From NCBI GenBank assembly GCA_017940415.1, contig JAGAYR010000012.1, positions 4,723 to 68,722 on the forward strand: a DNA stretch of 64,000 bases. Reading direction: 5' to 3'. The position numbers and the translations under genes are program-made. The notes under the pieces are model-generated. The model did no database searches. It saw only the letters and a program-made list of their open reading frames with translations, and had not been told where the DNA came from. How positions within the stretch are numbered: the stretch's first letter is position 1; every line of letters begins with the position of its first letter. Positions 59,291-64,000 of the stretch are shown here, piece by piece. Origin of the DNA: Lachnospiraceae bacterium (lineage in GTDB: Bacteria > Bacillota > Clostridia > Lachnospirales > Lachnospiraceae).

Positions 59291-60228
59291 AATACGTTTT
59301 TGGAGCAGACATAGGCGGAACCACAGTTAAACTCGGATTATTCGATGAAAAAGGAGAACTTATCGATAAGTGGGAAATTCCCACCGATAAGACGGATCAC
59401 GGAGCAAATATAGTAGGTGATGTTTGCAAGTCCATTCAGGATAAGATGGCAGAGAAGAATATCACCGCAGCCGATGTTATCGGAGTAGGCGTAGGTGCTC
59501 CCGGCGCGGTTAACGAAGACGGCGTCATGACCGGTGGTGCGGTTAACCTCGGATGGCCCGTATTCAACCTCAGAGAAGCAATGGAAGAAAAACTTGGCGG
59601 AGTTAAAGTCGTAGCAGGAAACGATGCTAATGTTGCCGCTTTCGGAGAAATGGTAAAAGGCGGCGGAAAAGGATATAAGAACGTGGTAGCAGTAACCCTC
59701 GGAACCGGTGTAGGCGGCGGTGTCATCATCGGCGGAAAGCTCATTACCGGATCTACCGGAGCTGCCGGCGAGATCGGACACATCAAGGTTGATGATGTTG
59801 AAACCGAGAAATGTAACTGCGGACATACCGGATGCCTTGAGCAGTTTGCATCCGCTACCGGAATCGCAAGACTCGCAAGAAAGAGACTGGCTGCGGACGA
59901 TAAGCCCTCAGTACTCAGAAGTGTGGAGGTTCTTGATGCAAAGGCGGTTTTTGATGCCGTTAAGGCAGGCGATGAAGTTGCCGACGAAGTTGCCAAGGAA
60001 TTCGGAAGATACCTGGGCAAAGGACTTGCGGTTATTGCTGATGTGGTAAACCCCGAGATCTTCGTAATCGGCGGTGGTGTATCCAAGGCAGGCGATGTTC
60101 TTCTTTCCTATGTTGAGCCTGAGTTTAAAAACACCGCATTCCCTCCCTGCAGCGGATCCAAGTTCGCGCTTGCGACTCTCGGAAACGATGCCGGAATATA
60201 CGGCTGTGCGGGAATGGTTTTATCGTAA
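59287..60228 (+). CDS. ROK family glucokinase
   Basis: DIGGT, NDANVAA, LGTGVGGG, GEIGH, CNCG..GCLE. Confidence 0.93.
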   Translation: MKYVFGADIGGTTVKLGLFDEKGELIDKWEIPTDKTDHGANIVGDVCKSIQDKMAEKNITAADVIGVGVGAPGAVNEDGVMTGGAVNLGWPVFNLREAMEEKLGGVKVVAGNDANVAAFGEMVKGGGKGYKNVVAVTLGTGVGGGVIIGGKLITGSTGAAGEIGHIKVDDVETEKCNCGHTGCLEQFASATGIARLARKRLAADDKPSVLRSVEVLDAKAVFDAVKAGDEVADEVAKEFGRYLGKGLAVIADVVNPEIFVIGGGVSKAGDVLLSYVEPEFKNTAFPPCSGSKFALATLGNDAGIYGCAGMVLS

Positions 60229-60300
60229 AAACGGTTGTGGTATGATTTTAGAAAATAAGTCGAGGGGTGTGCACCTTGCGGGTGCAGAGAGGAGAGTTGT

Positions 60301-61227
60301 ATGACAGGACAGGAGGTAGCTCAGATTTTATCCGAGCATATCGATGAGAGATTCATTCACCCGGATCAGCCTATGGCTGAATATACTTCATTTCGCACGG
60401 GAGGAAATGCTCTCTGCGTCGTAGAGGTTCATGATCTTGAGGAGCTCAGGAGAGTTCTTACCTGTGTCAGAAAGAAATTCCTCCCTTACTCAATCCTCGG
60501 AAACGGAACAAACACCCTTGTTGAAGATGAAGGTTATTCGGGAGTAGCCGTTATTCTGGACGGTGAGTTCAAGAAGATCGACGTAACCGGATACGAGGTA
60601 ACCTGCGGAGGCGGTGCTTCACTTGCACAGGCAGGAAGAATGGCCGCCGATATGTGGCTTACCGGAATGGAGTGGGCGTGCGGAATACCCGGAACCATCG
60701 GCGGTGCCGTAAGAATGAATGCGGGTGCTTTCGGATCCGATATATCCAAGATCGTTAAGAGAGTTAAAGCTCTTTCCACATCCGGTGAGGAAATCGTACT
60801 TCGTCCCGCTGAACTTCAGTTTAAGTATCGTCACAGCATTTTCTGTGAGAAAAAATATGTCGTTCTCGAAGCTGTATTCGAACTTCAGAAAGGCGATAAG
60901 AACGAGATCAACGCCAGCATAGAAAGATATGCCAAGGAGCGCAGAGACAAACAGCCTCTGGATCTTCCCAGCGCAGGATGCATTTTCAAGAATCCCAGGG
61001 AAGGTTCCGCAGCACAGATGATCGATGAAGCCGGACTCGGCGGATCCTATGTGGGCGGTGCAATGGTCTCCAAGAAGCATTGTAATTTCATAGTAAATAC
61101 CGGAAAGGCTACGGCCACCGATATTACCAGACTTATCGAAAACGTCAGAAGAGAAGTGTTTAACTTTAACGGTGTCCGTCTTGAGCCCGAACTTTGTGTT
61201 CTCGGAAGGCCCGGAAGGTATAAATAA
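60301..61227 (+). CDS. murB: UDP-N-acetylmuramate dehydrogenase
   Basis: LGNGTN, GIPGTIGGAVRMNAGA, YRHS, QPL..PSAG.IFKNP, HCNF. Confidence 0.95.
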   Translation: MTGQEVAQILSEHIDERFIHPDQPMAEYTSFRTGGNALCVVEVHDLEELRRVLTCVRKKFLPYSILGNGTNTLVEDEGYSGVAVILDGEFKKIDVTGYEVTCGGGASLAQAGRMAADMWLTGMEWACGIPGTIGGAVRMNAGAFGSDISKIVKRVKALSTSGEEIVLRPAELQFKYRHSIFCEKKYVVLEAVFELQKGDKNEINASIERYAKERRDKQPLDLPSAGCIFKNPREGSAAQMIDEAGLGGSYVGGAMVSKKHCNFIVNTGKATATDITRLIENVRREVFNFNGVRLEPELCVLGRPGRYK

Positions 61228-61229
61228 AG

Positions 61230-62090
61230 ATGCGAATAGTTATCATAACCGGAATGAGCGGAAGCGGTAAGAGAACCGGCATGAAGATGCTGGAGGATAT
61301 CGGCTTCTATGCCATAGACAATCTGCCTGCTTCACTGGTGGATAAATTTGTGGAGCTTCTGGCTCAGCCGGGAAACGAATACGGAAAAGTAGCACTGGGA
61401 ATAGATATCAGAACCGCCGGTTCCATGAAAAATCTGGCCCAGGTCATTAAGAATCTGAAGTCCGGCGGACATGAGACGGAGGTTCTTTTCCTCGAAGCGT
61501 CGGATAAGACTCTTATCAGAAGATACAAAGAGACCAGAAGGATTCATCCCCTTGCCGGAGACGGCACTCTTGAGGAAGGAATCCGCAAGGAACGTACGGA
61601 ACTTGCTCCCATCAAAAAGCAGGCCACATACGTGATCGATACCTCGAATCTTCTCACCAGGGAATTCAAGGCTGAATTGGATTCCATATTCCGTAAGAAT
61701 GAGAAATACAACAATCTGAACGTCAGTATAGTTTCTTTCGGTTTCAAATACGGTATTCCCGCCGATGCGGATCTGGTATTTGACGTAAGATTCCTGCCCA
61801 ACCCTTTCTATATCGAAGAACTTAAGACCAAGACGGGACTTGATAAGGAAGTAAGGGACTATGTTAACGGATTTGAGGAAACAGGGCAGTTCCTTGATAA
61901 ACTTGAGGATATGATCACCTTTTTGATACCCAATTATGTCAAAGAGGGAAAATACAACCTTGTGATCGCCATTGGATGTACCGGCGGAAAGCACAGATCC
62001 GTCACACTGGCATCCGGTCTTTACGACAGAATGAAGGATCGCAAGGACATAGGATTTAAACTGACTCACAGAGATGTAAATCTGACTTAA
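61230..62090 (+). CDS. rapZ: RNase adapter RapZ / YvcJ
   Basis: GMSGSGK, DNLP, SFGFKYG, DVRFLPNP, GCTGGKHRS. Confidence 0.96.
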   Translation: MRIVIITGMSGSGKRTGMKMLEDIGFYAIDNLPASLVDKFVELLAQPGNEYGKVALGIDIRTAGSMKNLAQVIKNLKSGGHETEVLFLEASDKTLIRRYKETRRIHPLAGDGTLEEGIRKERTELAPIKKQATYVIDTSNLLTREFKAELDSIFRKNEKYNNLNVSIVSFGFKYGIPADADLVFDVRFLPNPFYIEELKTKTGLDKEVRDYVNGFEETGQFLDKLEDMITFLIPNYVKEGKYNLVIAIGCTGGKHRSVTLASGLYDRMKDRKDIGFKLTHRDVNLT

Positions 62091-62115
62091 AGTTGCCATA
62101 GAATGCGAGGCTGAT

Positions 62116-62976
62116 ATGTCCTTTTCATCGGATGTGAAGGAAGAGCTTGCCGGGGTGATCCCTCAGGCGAGACATTGCAGGATTGCCGAGCTCTCTGCCA
62201 TCATGCACATGGCCGGCCAGATAGGCGTTTCGGAAGGCGAAGTGACCATAGGATTTAACGCCTTCGGAGAGTCTCTTATAAAAAAAGGCTTTACTTTACT
62301 TGAAATAACATTTAATATAGGGAAGTCGCTTAGAAGTTCGGATCCGGAATTTGAATCCCTGATCTCGAGCATGGGCGACCTGGACGATCCCGTCTCTGAA
62401 CTGACCCTTAAAAATACGTGCTGTAAGCGTGCTTTTCTAAGGGGAGCGTTTTTGGCATCGGGGTCGGTAAGCGATCCCGATAAGGGATATCACCTGGAAT
62501 TTGTCTGCGAGGATGAATCCAAAGCCGATCAGATCGTAAGGCTGTGCGGGGATTTTGAGATCAATGCACGCAAAACTCTGAGACGTGACGAAACCATCGT
62601 GTATGTCAAAGAAGGAGAGATGATCGGAGAGCTTTTGAGCGTAATGGGTGCCCAGAATTCTTACATGGATTTTGAGAACCGTCGCATTTACAAGGATGTC
62701 AGCAACACGGTTAACCGCAGGGTAAATTGTGAGACATCCAATATCAGAAAAACCGTTACCGCAGCATCGAAACAACTCGATGACATAAGATTTCTTGAGG
62801 AACACGGATTTCTGGACGATCTTCCGGATACTTTGAAAGAAGCGGCATACGGAAGACTCGAAAATCCTGATGCGACACTTGCCGAGCTCGGAGCACTTAT
62901 GGATCCGCCGGTAGGTAAATCAGGAATCAATCACAGGCTTTTAAGGCTCAGTGATATAGCACGGCAAAAGAGATAA
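62116..62976 (+). CDS. whiA: DNA-binding protein WhiA
   Basis: MSFSSDVKEEL, AFLRGAFLASGS, NRRVNCE, GKSGINHRL. Confidence 0.95.
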   Translation: MSFSSDVKEELAGVIPQARHCRIAELSAIMHMAGQIGVSEGEVTIGFNAFGESLIKKGFTLLEITFNIGKSLRSSDPEFESLISSMGDLDDPVSELTLKNTCCKRAFLRGAFLASGSVSDPDKGYHLEFVCEDESKADQIVRLCGDFEINARKTLRRDETIVYVKEGEMIGELLSVMGAQNSYMDFENRRIYKDVSNTVNRRVNCETSNIRKTVTAASKQLDDIRFLEEHGFLDDLPDTLKEAAYGRLENPDATLAELGALMDPPVGKSGINHRLLRLSDIARQKR

Positions 62977-63071
62977 TAAAGGCGGCTGGGGAGCTGCCGT
63001 GTATTGGGGAGAACTAACTTTGCGTAAATGTTTTGCCGATTCTTGGGGAAGATGAGGCTGAGGAGTTTATT

Positions 63072-63332
63072 ATGATTACCAGAACCGTAAATGTTAAGTT
63101 TTCTAAGAATCTCTCCGCTAGTCCTGTTGCACTTTTGGTTCAGAAAGCCAGCAAGTTCGACAGCTTAATCTATATCGAGTCCGGCGAGAGAAAGGTAAAT
63201 GCCAAGTCCATCATGGGTATGATGAGCATTACTCTTGATGACGGAGATGAGCTGCTTATCAAATGTGACGGAGCAGACGAGGCAGGCGCCATCGATACCG
63301 TAGAGAAGTTTCTTACCGGTATTGAAGCTTGA
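63072..63332 (+). CDS. HPr-family (Crh-like) protein
   Basis: VNAKSIMG Ser46 motif; His15 absent; RBS GAGGAG. Confidence 0.9.
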   Translation: MITRTVNVKFSKNLSASPVALLVQKASKFDSLIYIESGERKVNAKSIMGMMSITLDDGDELLIKCDGADEAGAIDTVEKFLTGIEA

Positions 63333-63353
63333 TCTGAAGCTGTATTATTTTTG

Positions 63354-63386
63354 GATGCAAGACCTGATGGGCTTGCATCTTTTTTT
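63354..63386 (+). terminator. Rho-independent terminator
   Basis: gatgcaag/cttgcatc plus T-run. Confidence 0.85.
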
Positions 63387-63452
63387 ATATTTCTTTTACT
63401 TACAGAAGCCGGTAAGTATGCTATTATCGAACATGTAAGAGAGATTTTTGTT

Positions 63453-64000
63453 ATGAAAAAAATGCTTTTTATCTACAATCCCAGAGCCGGAAGAGGAAGA
63501 GTTCGTACTGAACTTGCGGATATCCTTGATATTTTTGCATCCGGCGGTTATGAGATCACTATAGCTCCGACCCGTAAAAACGGAGATGCGGTAAAGACCG
63601 CTGCAGAAAGAGAAGCGGATTTCGACATTGTTGTATGCTGCGGTGGAGACGGCACTCTTGATGAGACTGTGCGCGGAATGATGAGAAACGACTACCGTAC
63701 TCCTCTGGGATATATACCTGCGGGCTCAACCAATGATTTCGGCGGTTCGCTTGCGCTTCCCAAAGATATGCTCAAATCCGCACATATTATAGTGGACGGA
63801 TCCAACAAGGCTGTTGACGTAGGTCTGTTCAATAATGAGGCATTTGTGTACGTTGCTGCATTCGGTGCATTTACCGAAGTCAGTTACAGCACGGATCAGG
63901 ATATGAAGAATGCTATCGGTCATTCTGCATATCTGCTTGAGGGAGTGAAGAGTTTCGGAAAGATCAAGCCCCAGCATATGAAGATAGAACATGACGGGGA
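63453..64000 (+). CDS. YegS/diacylglycerol kinase family lipid kinase (3'-truncated by window edge; not in ORF track)
   Basis: Translated by hand: MKKMLFIYNPRAG...CCGGDGTLDE...IPAGSTNDF. Confidence 0.92.
   Translation, partial: MKKMLFIYNPRAGRGRVRTELADILDIFASGGYEITIAPTRKNGDAVKTAAEREADFDIVVCCGGDGTLDETVRGMMRNDYRTPLGYIPAGSTNDFGGSLALPKDMLKSAHIIVDGSNKAVDVGLFNNEAFVYVAAFGAFTEVSYSTDQDMKNAIGHSAYLLEGVKSFGKIKPQHMKIEHDG

Overview
A 64 kb stretch of core chromosome, almost all on the + strand, from an anaerobic Firmicute. Gene content (SCIFF, MecA, RicT, split transketolase, short-form ProRS) suggests Clostridia, probably Lachnospiraceae-like; this is inference. It contains: the end of the suf operon; a gmk-like/yaaR/holB/ricT/yabB/rsmI cluster; a repeat-bearing FapA gene plus an HD-GYP gene running into a pentose operon; an atypical purF; an MCP fused to a sugar-binding domain; a LytTR regulatory cassette; an ECF sigma/anti-sigma pair; the SCIFF ranthipeptide locus; tRNA-Pro(CGG) and tRNA-Lys(CTT); a GH3 plus diguanylate cyclase pair; proS; uvrC; and the ftsH...hprK-glk-murB-rapZ-whiA-HPr cluster. 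I saw no integrase, transposase, prophage or CRISPR array. Best leads: (1) a module made of a ~94-nt leader hairpin burying the RBS, a FapA with nine ~26-aa repeats, and a pseudo-receiver HD-GYP phosphodiesterase; (2) an intact D,D-carboxypeptidase homolog with its catalytic motifs substituted; (3) a guanylate-kinase-fold gene in the slot usually held by tmk; (4) a PurF lacking the glutaminase Cys; (5) a tRNA trailer complementary to the tRNA's own 3' end. All family assignments come from motif recognition, not database searches.
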